This document shows positions 1 to 8,999 of a stretch of DNA of 64,000 nt, in pieces; within the stretch, counting starts at the first letter, position 1, and each line of letters starts with the position of its first letter. Under the pieces are notes generated by a model, which was not told the DNA's origin, made no database searches, and was given only the letters and a program-made list of their open reading frames with translations. The stretch is from a virus (Duplodnaviria; Caudoviricetes): IMG/VR virus record IMGVR_UViG_3300032167_000048, one strand, 5' to 3'. Both the position numbers and the translations under genes were made by a program.

Positions 1-1
1 T

Positions 2-1075
2 TATTTTGACGGAACAAATTACATTGATACTGGAATTCGTTTATTTGAAGAAGATAAAGATTTTGTTCTCGCAATCGATTATGAATTCTTAGATGGTACT
101 GCATCAGATTCAGTATTAGCTGAATGCTTCCAGACAAATGGAAGCAACGGATTTAAACTTTCATATAATAGTGGTGCAAAGTTTACTTGGGGAACAGCTA
201 CTGATAGTAATAACGTTGGTGAAATTGGTAAGCGTGAAATTATAGTTATCAGACATAAGAAAGGCGATAACAATTTAACTATTTATAAGTCTAATCTTGA
301 TAATAATAATGTTTTAACTAACGAATTGTCTAGAAACAAGATTACAACTGGTTCATGTTCTTTAATATTTGGAGCTTCCAACCCAGAAGATGGATATTAT
401 GAAAACAACGCTGTTGGTAATATTCACTGGGCAAAAATTTGGTATGCTGATTTAGGAAATGACATTTGTAAAGATTTAGCTATGTGGACACATGAGTCTA
501 TTACTTTGCAAGCTTGTGGATTTAGAAAGTATTTCTTATCAGATAATCCATCTAAGAGATGTTCATTTAGCTTATTGGCTTCACACTTATTAGGAAGAAC
601 AAAATTATGGAATGCTTCCAATGTTAATGATGGCGGTTGGGCTACATCAGCATTAAATACATCTTTAAATGGTAGATTATATAATGCTATGCCAACACAG
701 ATTAAGTTGTTAATGAAGCAAGTTATTGTTTATTCAAATGACGGTATCACAAATACATCTGTGACTCCTAACAAGTATTATACAGAAGTAACACCTTCTA
801 ATTGTTATATTACTGTGCCATCTGTTATAGAAGTTGATTCTTCTCAAAATATTGAACCATATAATAGTGAAGGTACACCTATTTCATATATGAGCAGGGA
901 TGAGTATAGAAAGCGTGCGTTTGATGGTGGAAATTATCATGCTTATTGGCTTCGCTCACCTAATGCAAATTATGCAAACTGGGTATGGCGTGTGGATGAG
1001 ACTGGTAAGGCGCAAGGAATTAGTCAGCCAAATGTTATTAATGGTTATGGCGTATTAATTCAAATATCATTTTAA
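2..1075 (+). CDS. 5'-partial tail-associated protein: LamG-like region plus C-terminal DUF6273-like (YWLRSP) domain
   Basis: Frame of ORF 326..1075 is open back to base 2 (YFDGTNYIDTG...); C-terminal YWLRSP motif. Confidence 0.6.
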   Translation, partial: YFDGTNYIDTGIRLFEEDKDFVLAIDYEFLDGTASDSVLAECFQTNGSNGFKLSYNSGAKFTWGTATDSNNVGEIGKREIIVIRHKKGDNNLTIYKSNLDNNNVLTNELSRNKITTGSCSLIFGASNPEDGYYENNAVGNIHWAKIWYADLGNDICKDLAMWTHESITLQACGFRKYFLSDNPSKRCSFSLLASHLLGRTKLWNASNVNDGGWATSALNTSLNGRLYNAMPTQIKLLMKQVIVYSNDGITNTSVTPNKYYTEVTPSNCYITVPSVIEVDSSQNIEPYNSEGTPISYMSRDEYRKRAFDGGNYHAYWLRSPNANYANWVWRVDETGKAQGISQPNVINGYGVLIQISF

Positions 1076-1080
1076 TATGT

Positions 1081-1110
1081 GAGGGTGTGGGTCTTCCCCA
1101 CCCTCTTTTT
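1081..1110 (+). terminator. Intrinsic terminator-like hairpin
   Basis: gagggtg...caccctc stem followed by a T run. Confidence 0.6.
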
Positions 1111-1125
1111 GTGAGGTAAGAAAAT

Positions 1126-1446
1126 ATGTTTTACAAAGTTATTAAAGATAATAAAGTTATAGATGTGCTCGACCAATTAATTTACTTGAAATATCAACCT
1201 AAGCATAAAATCATGGTTTTAAGTGATGAGAATGAAGCACAAGCTATACTTTCTTCTGACGGAAATACCGTTTGGCATGAACGCACTTTATATAATATAC
1301 CTACTTCAGAAATGCATTTTGAAACAGTGGATTTGATTGAAATCGATGAACATGAATACAAAAAGTTAAAAACATTAAATCTGTCCACACCAGAAGAAAT
1401 AATCGATGAAGTGATTTTATATCTTATTAACAATGGTATTATTTAA
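1126..1446 (+). CDS. Hypothetical tail-module protein (tail-fibre chaperone-like position)
   Basis: 106 aa ORF with gaggt RBS. Confidence 0.55.
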   Translation: MFYKVIKDNKVIDVLDQLIYLKYQPKHKIMVLSDENEAQAILSSDGNTVWHERTLYNIPTSEMHFETVDLIEIDEHEYKKLKTLNLSTPEEIIDEVILYLINNGII

Positions 1447-1460
1447 AAGGTGGTGTAATC

Positions 1461-1598
1461 ATGGGAATTAGTATTTTTGCGGAAGCCGTTAGACGCTTAT
1501 ATATTAACGGAAAAATTGAAAAAGAAAAAATTATGGAATTTCGTGTAGATGGTAAATTAACTATCGAAGAAATGAATTATATTTTAGATGCCCATTAG
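1461..1598 (+). CDS. Small XkdX-like protein (45 aa)
   Basis: Hand-translated MGISIFAEAVRRLYINGKI...GKLTIEEMNYILDAH; ggtggtg RBS. Confidence 0.55.
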   Translation: MGISIFAEAVRRLYINGKIEKEKIMEFRVDGKLTIEEMNYILDAH

Positions 1599-1657
1599 GG
1601 ACTCTAATACTCCATTAGAGTTTTATATATAAAAATTTTATAAAGGAGGAAAAGAAC

Positions 1658-2059
1658 ATGGCTATGAAAGCAAAACATGCATTTGGTAGCAGCGCTGGAT
1701 TAGAATCTGCTATTCAGTCTGGTAGATTAGATAGTTTTGACATCTTGTTTTTAGATGGCGATACTGATAATCCTAAAATTGGTTGGATTGATAAAAATGG
1801 CAATCCAGTAATTCTCAGAGAAGAAGATGAAGTTGTTATTGTTAATGGTGAATCTCTTCCTGAGGCTGGTGAGTCAGGAAAGATTTATGTTCATGGTTCA
1901 GACGCTTATGTTTGGAATGGCAATGAGTTCGTAAACCTGTGCAAACCTACGGATGTATCTGCACTGGAAGAAAAAATTGCTACTAAGGTTACAGCAGAAG
2001 AAGTTAAGACAATGATTAAGGAGTCTGAAGATTCTCTGGTTGAAATCGTAGAATTCTAA
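1658..2059 (+). CDS. Tail-module hypothetical protein
   Basis: aggagg RBS; C-terminal IVEF shared with the next gene. Confidence 0.6.
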   Translation: MAMKAKHAFGSSAGLESAIQSGRLDSFDILFLDGDTDNPKIGWIDKNGNPVILREEDEVVIVNGESLPEAGESGKIYVHGSDAYVWNGNEFVNLCKPTDVSALEEKIATKVTAEEVKTMIKESEDSLVEIVEF

Positions 2060-2082
2060 AGCAAAGGTGGTGAATATAAAAC

Positions 2083-2952
2083 ATGAATAATAATTTACAA
2101 ACATTGATTGACAATGCCATTGAGAATACTGTTATTAAATTAACAAGTGATATTGTAGTAGCAGAAACTGTAATAGTGTCAAAAAATATTACTATTGATT
2201 TAAATGGTTGTACAATTAAGAACACAGAAGACATTTGGAATACAAATGAAAAAAAATGGTCTTTAATTTCTGTTCGCAATAATGGTATTTTAACATTGTT
2301 AGACAGTAGCGATGCTGGTACTGGTACTTTGTTTGCTAAAGAAAATGATTGCTATGCCGTTGATGTTTGTGACGGTGGTATGTTAATTGTTGAAAGTGGT
2401 ACTTATATTGGTAACATTTCTTCTATTTATGTTCATACTGGTACTGCATATATTAATGGCGGTTATTACAAAGTTCAACAAGTTTCTAGTATGAATGGAT
2501 ATGGGGAAACTATTAACTGCTATGATGCTAACTTTAGAAATGGCACAGCGAAAGTAGTTATATCTGGTGGTTCTTTCTATAATTTTAATCCTACAGATGC
2601 TGCTGAACCTATTGATTGTAATAATAGTTATTTATCTAAAAACACTAAGATGGTTTATGATGAAGAATCAAAGTCTTATGTGATAACTAAACGCGAATTT
2701 AAGATTGTTGCAACTACTGGCGATAAGATTAAATCTCTGGGCATTAAAGATGGACAGCTTATATTCATTCAAGACGAAGGAAGAGTTGCTTTTGATTTTA
2801 ATGGTACTAGAGTTTTTTATGACAATAGTGGCGAATTAAAGGATATTTATTCTAAGATTGCTACTCTTGAAGAAGAAAAAGTTAATGCAACTACAGTACA
2901 GAATATGATTGAAGAATATTCTGAATCTGCAATGGCTATTGTTGAATTTTAG
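2083..2952 (+). CDS. Tail-module protein with a probable beta-helix region and an adaptor domain
   Basis: Gly/Asn-rich beta repeats; GQLIF domain shared with 2978..3451. Confidence 0.55.
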   Translation: MNNNLQTLIDNAIENTVIKLTSDIVVAETVIVSKNITIDLNGCTIKNTEDIWNTNEKKWSLISVRNNGILTLLDSSDAGTGTLFAKENDCYAVDVCDGGMLIVESGTYIGNISSIYVHTGTAYINGGYYKVQQVSSMNGYGETINCYDANFRNGTAKVVISGGSFYNFNPTDAAEPIDCNNSYLSKNTKMVYDEESKSYVITKREFKIVATTGDKIKSLGIKDGQLIFIQDEGRVAFDFNGTRVFYDNSGELKDIYSKIATLEEEKVNATTVQNMIEEYSESAMAIVEF

Positions 2953-2977
2953 AGCCCTAATGATGGAGGTATAAATT

Positions 2978-3451
2978 ATGGCGGATACAAGTACAAAACA
3001 AGTATTGTCTGTAATCGCAACCACCTCCGAAAGAGTTAAAGATTTGGTAATTAAAAATGGGCAGCTTATTTTCTGTCAAGACAGTGGAAGAATTGCTCTT
3101 GACTTTAAAAATAAGAGAAAGTTTTACAACCAAATCGAGGAACTGGACACAGAATCAACTCGTAAAGAGCTTGAATCTCCAATTAACGGAGTTTACTATT
3201 TCGTTATTGAGTCTGCTGTTTTATGGACTTATCGTAATAATGAATGGATTCAGATTACAGCAAGACCACAAGAAGTAGTATTTATTGGTACAGAATTTCC
3301 AGAATTAGGAGTAGAACAGACAATATATACTAATATTGAAGACGGCAATGAGCATATTGCTGTTTGGATTGATGAATTAGGCGATTATAAAATAGTTGCC
3401 GACAGAACTTATTCTATGACATCAGAAGATGTTATAGCATTATTTAATTAA
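2978..3451 (+). CDS. Tail-fibre adaptor-like protein
   Basis: IKNGQLIF domain; C-terminal TSEDVIALF motif. Confidence 0.55.
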   Translation: MADTSTKQVLSVIATTSERVKDLVIKNGQLIFCQDSGRIALDFKNKRKFYNQIEELDTESTRKELESPINGVYYFVIESAVLWTYRNNEWIQITARPQEVVFIGTEFPELGVEQTIYTNIEDGNEHIAVWIDELGDYKIVADRTYSMTSEDVIALFN

Positions 3452-3489
3452 ATTAATATTATTTTTTTATTCAAAAGGAGAATACGAAC

Positions 3490-5121
3490 ATGGCTGAAAT
3501 TAAAAAATATTTAGACACTACTGCACTTGGTACTCTTGTTGACCAGATTAAAGCGGAAGACGCAAAAACTTTAGAAGCTGCAAAAGCTTATTGTGATGGA
3601 AAAGATTCTCAGTTCGAAGTAGCTGGTGCTGCTGCTACTGCTGAATCAAATGCAAAAGCTCATGCTGAAACAAAAGTTAATGAATTAGCTAATGGTGCTG
3701 TAAAAACAAATACTGAAGCAATCGCTGAAATTAAAGGTGATTATCTTAAAGCTGCTGACAAGGAAGCTCTTCAGGGAAATATTGATGGCGTAGACGCTAA
3801 AGCTGATGCAAACGCTGAAGCTATCGCAGCTATTAACAATGCTGAAACTGGTATCTTAAAACAGGCTAAAGATTATGCTGATGCTGAAGATGCTAAAGTT
3901 GAACAGATGGTTGCTGACCTTGAAGCATACGTTGGTGAAATTCCAGAAGGTGCTACAGCTACAGATATCGTAGGATATGTTCAGGAAAAGACAGCTGGAA
4001 TCGCTACAGACGCTGCTCTTGGTGAACTTCAGGCTGCTGTAGATGCTCTTTCTGCGGATGTTGATGTTATCGAAGCTGACTACCTTAAAGCTGCTGATAA
4101 GACAGAAGTAGTTGGTAAAATCGAAGCTGAACAGGCTAGAGCTGAAGGAATCGAAGCTGGATTAGCTTCTAGAATTAAAGCTGTTGAAGATGATTATCTT
4201 AAAGCTGAAGACAAAGAAGAACTTGTAGAAGCAATCGCTACAGCTAAAACAGAAGCTATTGCAACTGTTTTAGGTGAAGGTGTAGACGCAGACTTCGATA
4301 CACTTAAAGAAGTGGCTGATTGGATTCTTTCTGATACAACAGGAGCTGCTGCTCTTCAGACAGACGTTGCTACACTTAAAGAAGAAATGGATGCTGTAGA
4401 AGAAGCTGTAGAAAAAGCTCAGGGAGAAGTAGACGCTCTTGAGGGAGTTGTTGCTACAAAAGCTGACGCTCAGGCTCTTACAGATGCAGTTGCTGATTTA
4501 GAAGAAGCTGACGCTGGTCAGGTAGAAAGAATCGAAGCTCTTGAAGCTAAATTTGGTGGAGCTGAAGGTTCTGTGGAAGACCAGATTGCTGACGCTAAAC
4601 AGGAAGCAATCGAAACTGCTGCTGAAGATGCTACATCAAAAGCTGATGCTGCTAAAGAAGCTGCTATTGCAAAAGCTAATGAGCTTAATACAGCAATGAA
4701 CACTCGTGTAGAAGCTCTTGAAGCTATCGACCATGAACATGCTAACAAAGCAGAACTTGACCTTATCGTTTCTGGAGATAAAGCTAAGTGGGATGCTGCT
4801 GAAGCTAAAGCTCACGTTCATGCAAATGAAGCAGAACTTGCTAAGATTGCTGATGGCGATGTAGCTAAATGGAATGCTGCTGAACAGAATGCTAAAGATT
4901 ATGCTGATGGTCTTGATGAAGCAATGGCTGGTAAAGTTGATGGTGTTGATGCAAGAGTTAAAACACTTGAAGAAACAATCGTTGACAAAGCAGAACAGGA
5001 CGACCTTGATGCTGCTGTAGAAAGAATTGCTGCAAATGAAACTGCTATTGCTGCAAATAAATCAGCGATTGAAAGTTTTGTAGCTATCACATCTGATGAA
5101 GTAAACGCACTTTTTGCGTAA
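3490..5121 (+). CDS. Ala/Glu-rich coiled-coil tail-fibre shaft protein
   Basis: 543 aa, AKxYAD repeats, DTLKEVADWI motif, strong codon bias. Confidence 0.7.
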   Translation: MAEIKKYLDTTALGTLVDQIKAEDAKTLEAAKAYCDGKDSQFEVAGAAATAESNAKAHAETKVNELANGAVKTNTEAIAEIKGDYLKAADKEALQGNIDGVDAKADANAEAIAAINNAETGILKQAKDYADAEDAKVEQMVADLEAYVGEIPEGATATDIVGYVQEKTAGIATDAALGELQAAVDALSADVDVIEADYLKAADKTEVVGKIEAEQARAEGIEAGLASRIKAVEDDYLKAEDKEELVEAIATAKTEAIATVLGEGVDADFDTLKEVADWILSDTTGAAALQTDVATLKEEMDAVEEAVEKAQGEVDALEGVVATKADAQALTDAVADLEEADAGQVERIEALEAKFGGAEGSVEDQIADAKQEAIETAAEDATSKADAAKEAAIAKANELNTAMNTRVEALEAIDHEHANKAELDLIVSGDKAKWDAAEAKAHVHANEAELAKIADGDVAKWNAAEQNAKDYADGLDEAMAGKVDGVDARVKTLEETIVDKAEQDDLDAAVERIAANETAIAANKSAIESFVAITSDEVNALFA

Positions 5122-5157
5122 TTAGTATATCATAGTATAACTAATAAATTTATAAAC

Positions 5158-5191
5158 ATGGGGATTCTTTAATTGGAATCCCCTATTTTTT
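5158..5191 (+). terminator. Intrinsic terminator
   Basis: ggggattc...gaatcccc stem plus T run. Confidence 0.7.
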
Positions 5192-5211
5192 AACGATGAG
5201 GTATATATTTT

Positions 5212-5415
5212 ATGAATACAAATATTACAGATTTAGATTCTGATTTGGATTTATTTGAGTTTTTAAAGAGTGCCCTCGGTTGTACGTATATATCTGATTT
5301 AAGAATTAAGCCTTATAATATTATGGCTAAATTTCTTTTAAGTAAAATAGATTTAAAAAAATATTCTAAAAAGCAAGTAGAAGATGCTTTTGATTATATA
5401 AATAAAATATACTAA
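5212..5415 (+). CDS. Small hypothetical protein (moron-like)
   Basis: 67 aa, gaggt RBS, very AT-rich, lies after a terminator. Confidence 0.55.
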   Translation: MNTNITDLDSDLDLFEFLKSALGCTYISDLRIKPYNIMAKFLLSKIDLKKYSKKQVEDAFDYINKIY

Positions 5416-5472
5416 TAATTAATAAATATGTGAATATTATAAATTCTCTTAAAGAAAGGAGAAAATTTAAAT

Positions 5473-6711
5473 ATGGCAACAAAAACATATATGTCTTTAG
5501 AAAGACTACAAGAATATGATGCTTTATTAAAAACTGAAATTGTGAAAGGCGATGAGTCTTCTCTTGAATCTGCTAAGGCATATACAGATGAAGCGATTGT
5601 CGATAAAGCAAATTCATCTGATGTAGAAATGCAGATTGACACATTGAGTTCACAGGTTGCTTTTATCGGAGATTCAAATGATGATATCGTTGTTGAAACA
5701 GAATTTGAATCATCTAATCTTGCTGGTACAATTCATCGTTTTACTGTAGAAGTAAACTGTGCCCCTATGTATATTCCAGAAGATAATTTGGGAGCAGAAT
5801 TTGCTGACGGAACTGAAATGTATACAGACTATGGCGTTTTAATTCTCCCTAAATCTTATACCGACAAAGGTAAGAAAACTCGTTTGGTAATTAGTGCTCA
5901 TGGTGGTGGTGGCACTGTTTCAGCAGATAGTTCTCAAGCAGAATATCAATCGATTTCGCAGTATCTTGTTGCTAATGGATATGCTGTAATGGACGTTAAT
6001 GGTCTTCCAGAACAATATGCCATTGATAAAGGCAATTTGAGACTTCAGGATTCTGTTGGCTCATATATTGCTATTCAGAGTCATATTAAAGCATATAATT
6101 ATTGCATGGATAATTTTAACTTTTATCCAGAAGTATTTTTAGTTGGAATTTCTGAAGGTGGTATTACAACTACTAATATAGTTTTACATAGTCACATTCC
6201 TGTTTTAGCTCAAGCTGGATGGAGTCCTGTATTAGATACTTATAATCAAATTTGGTTAGACCCTTGGCCTTGGTGCTCTGTAAATGGGCCTGGTGCGGTG
6301 TTAGCTACTGTTTATGGATTTGACCCTATTCCAGACGCGACTTCCACAAAAGACAGGCTTAAATGGACTTATGACGAAAAGAAAATTATGGGCTATAATC
6401 CTATGAAGAGCGGTGTAATTACTGGCTCAGATGGTTTAGAATATAGATATTACCGCTGTCCTGTTAAATTCTGGCATTGTATGGATGACGAAACTGTTAG
6501 ATATGAACCAACTGAAGCATTTATTAAAAGCATTCAAAATGCTGGCGGCACAGCTTATTTAAAATTATATGAAACTGGCGGACATGAAACTGCTTATGTT
6601 GGCGACCCAGTTCCAAACCCAACTGGTAATACAATTAACTTAAATGGTGAGGAGATTGAAATTAAACCAGTGTGTGAAGAAACTTATTTATTCTTCAAAC
6701 GATTTGAATAA
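5473..6711 (+). CDS. Tail-adaptor-fused alpha/beta hydrolase (esterase-like)
   Basis: HGGGG oxyanion motif, GISEGG nucleophile elbow, HCMDD and GGH triad motifs. Confidence 0.7.
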   Translation: MATKTYMSLERLQEYDALLKTEIVKGDESSLESAKAYTDEAIVDKANSSDVEMQIDTLSSQVAFIGDSNDDIVVETEFESSNLAGTIHRFTVEVNCAPMYIPEDNLGAEFADGTEMYTDYGVLILPKSYTDKGKKTRLVISAHGGGGTVSADSSQAEYQSISQYLVANGYAVMDVNGLPEQYAIDKGNLRLQDSVGSYIAIQSHIKAYNYCMDNFNFYPEVFLVGISEGGITTTNIVLHSHIPVLAQAGWSPVLDTYNQIWLDPWPWCSVNGPGAVLATVYGFDPIPDATSTKDRLKWTYDEKKIMGYNPMKSGVITGSDGLEYRYYRCPVKFWHCMDDETVRYEPTEAFIKSIQNAGGTAYLKLYETGGHETAYVGDPVPNPTGNTINLNGEEIEIKPVCEETYLFFKRFE

Positions 6712-6725
6712 AAGGAGGAATTTAA

Positions 6726-8807
6726 ATGGCGGAAAATATTAAAGTTCGTTGGCTTGTTGACCACGAACAAACAAAAATTGCTCCCAAAACTTTGTCTACT
6801 CAGATTTTAAATGAAGACGGCACTAAATTTAAAGATACTATTGAAGATTCCGTTTCTGAAATTGATACAAAAATTGATTTACACAGCTCCAATAGTGAAA
6901 TTCATATAACTCCAGAAGAAAAGGCAAGCTATGTAACTGAAGAGTATGTTAAAAATTTATATACAACATTAAACTCAAATACAGTATTAGCATTTTATTG
7001 TGTTGAGGATGTAACAATCGTTACTAACGATATTCCTAAGACATATCCTGCAAACTCAAACGTTGAAGTTAGGCTTGTAGAGGGAGATACATTTGAGATT
7101 ATTCCAACATCGGATAATTCTATTTTATCATTAAGCGCGTTCCCTAGTGCTTTAGGAACATTTTACCCTTGGCTCGAAGGTGTTGCTCAGTTTTCAAACA
7201 TCTTATTTGATATGAATGATGAAGCCATGTATTCAAAATGGAGTCAAGGTAATCAAGGGGTATATCACGTTCAAAGCGCACAGTATTCAAATTGTATTTT
7301 TTGGAGTGATAATCCTTATATTAGCGATGTTTCCAGAAGAACAAATTACACATTAACGCACACATCAGAATTGCCATTGTGTTATTCAACTATTCCAGAC
7401 AATACATTTAAAAGCTTCTATTTGGCTGGTGGCGTAGTTACTGACCCAAACTGGGCAAACCAAGCGTATAAAGATAGTTTTGCGAAAGCGAATTGGGCAA
7501 CACAAGTATTCAGTTACTATGGCGCAAGAACAATTGGCTTGCCTAAGATGTTTGATATTATGCTGCCTAAAGACTGTAGAGGCTTAATGTTTGATGCAAG
7601 AAACATCGAAAACGCAGGAACTTTTAATGCTGTTAACACAACTAACTTTGGTGCAAAATCTGGAAGTTGGAGAGAAGCTTTTGGGGATTGTGTTTCTTTA
7701 AGAAGATTATATATTAAAAATCTTAAAGTCAGTTTGAATATATCATGGTCTCCAGTAGATTATGATTCTATTTCTTACATTATTTCATCAGCTGCAAATA
7801 CAAATGCAATAACAATATCCGTTTCTCCATATACATATAACTTATTAAGTCAATCTGATTTTGATTTAGCTACAAGTAAAAATATTACTATTGCATTGAT
7901 AACTAGTAATTATGTAGAAGACAGACGTTTAAGTGCTATTGCTAATAAGGCTGATGCAAATCATACACATGACGATTTATATTATACACAGATAGAAGTG
8001 GATACTGCTTTAAATGCAAAGGCTGATGCAAATCATAATCATGATGATGTTTATGATGCAAAGGGTTCTGCTTCTGATGCTCTTGATTCCGCAAAAGCTT
8101 ATGCGGATTCTGTTGCTGATACTGCTGCAAACAAAGTTAAAAATGACTTACTTAATGGAGCTGGCGGAGCATATGATACGTTAAAAGAATTGGGTGATTT
8201 AATTGACGTAAACGTTGATGCAATTGACGCTCTTGAAATTGTAGCAGCTGGAAAAGCCGATAAAGAACATAATCATGATGGTGTTTATGATGCAAGCGGC
8301 TCTGCAAATGAAGCTCTTGAATCCGCAAAATCATATACAGACGAAAAAATTGCGGCTATCCCAAAAGTAGATGCTTATACAAAAGCTGAAGTTGATGGTT
8401 ATCTTGCAAATAAAGCAGATAAAGAGCATACACATGATTTATATGAAACAAAAGAAGATGCTCAGTCAAAATACGATACTCTTAATACTAATAAGGCAGA
8501 TTCTGGTCATGGTCATGACGTGGCTACAACATCTGCAAATGGTTTTATGAGTGCTAATATGGTTACAAAACTTGAAAGTATTGAAATGGGGGCAAATAAG
8601 ATAGTTGTTGACTCTACATTGTCTACAACTTCATCTAATCCTGTTGAAAATAGTGTTGTTGCTACAGCAATTAATAGTGCTTCTTCTGCGATTGGAGCTA
8701 ATACAAGCTCTATTGGTGAACATACAACAGCTATTTCAAATCTTCAGACTGCTATTTCTGAAATTCAGGAAATTACAAGCGCAGAAATTCAGACTTTATT
8801 TGCGTAA
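6726..8807 (+). CDS. Tail-fibre protein (KADxxHxH repeats)
   Basis: 693 aa; HxH repeats, YDTLKEL motif, C-terminal ITSAEIQTLFA. Confidence 0.7.
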   Translation: MAENIKVRWLVDHEQTKIAPKTLSTQILNEDGTKFKDTIEDSVSEIDTKIDLHSSNSEIHITPEEKASYVTEEYVKNLYTTLNSNTVLAFYCVEDVTIVTNDIPKTYPANSNVEVRLVEGDTFEIIPTSDNSILSLSAFPSALGTFYPWLEGVAQFSNILFDMNDEAMYSKWSQGNQGVYHVQSAQYSNCIFWSDNPYISDVSRRTNYTLTHTSELPLCYSTIPDNTFKSFYLAGGVVTDPNWANQAYKDSFAKANWATQVFSYYGARTIGLPKMFDIMLPKDCRGLMFDARNIENAGTFNAVNTTNFGAKSGSWREAFGDCVSLRRLYIKNLKVSLNISWSPVDYDSISYIISSAANTNAITISVSPYTYNLLSQSDFDLATSKNITIALITSNYVEDRRLSAIANKADANHTHDDLYYTQIEVDTALNAKADANHNHDDVYDAKGSASDALDSAKAYADSVADTAANKVKNDLLNGAGGAYDTLKELGDLIDVNVDAIDALEIVAAGKADKEHNHDGVYDASGSANEALESAKSYTDEKIAAIPKVDAYTKAEVDGYLANKADKEHTHDLYETKEDAQSKYDTLNTNKADSGHGHDVATTSANGFMSANMVTKLESIEMGANKIVVDSTLSTTSSNPVENSVVATAINSASSAIGANTSSIGEHTTAISNLQTAISEIQEITSAEIQTLFA

Positions 8808-8836
8808 TACGCAAAATATTAAAATGTGTAGATATT

Positions 8837-8863
8837 AGCCATGCTAAAAAGCATGGCTTTTAT
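8837..8863 (+). terminator. Intrinsic terminator
   Basis: agccatgct-aaaa-agcatggct plus T run. Confidence 0.7.
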
Positions 8864-8999
8864 TTATATATGTTTTAATAGAAAATATTGTGCATGATAC
8901 GTAGATGCATAACGTCAATATTAAAGCATATAAAACTATAATTTTATGAATGAAAAGAGAAACAAATTAATTATAAATTTTGAAAGGAGATTTCAAAAT

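Noticed and set aside
940-1110. Diversity-generating retroelement target (YWLRSP C-terminus followed by a hairpin)
   Set aside because: No template repeat and no reverse transcriptase seen in this window, and the hairpin fits a terminator. A remote DGR elsewhere in the genome cannot be excluded.
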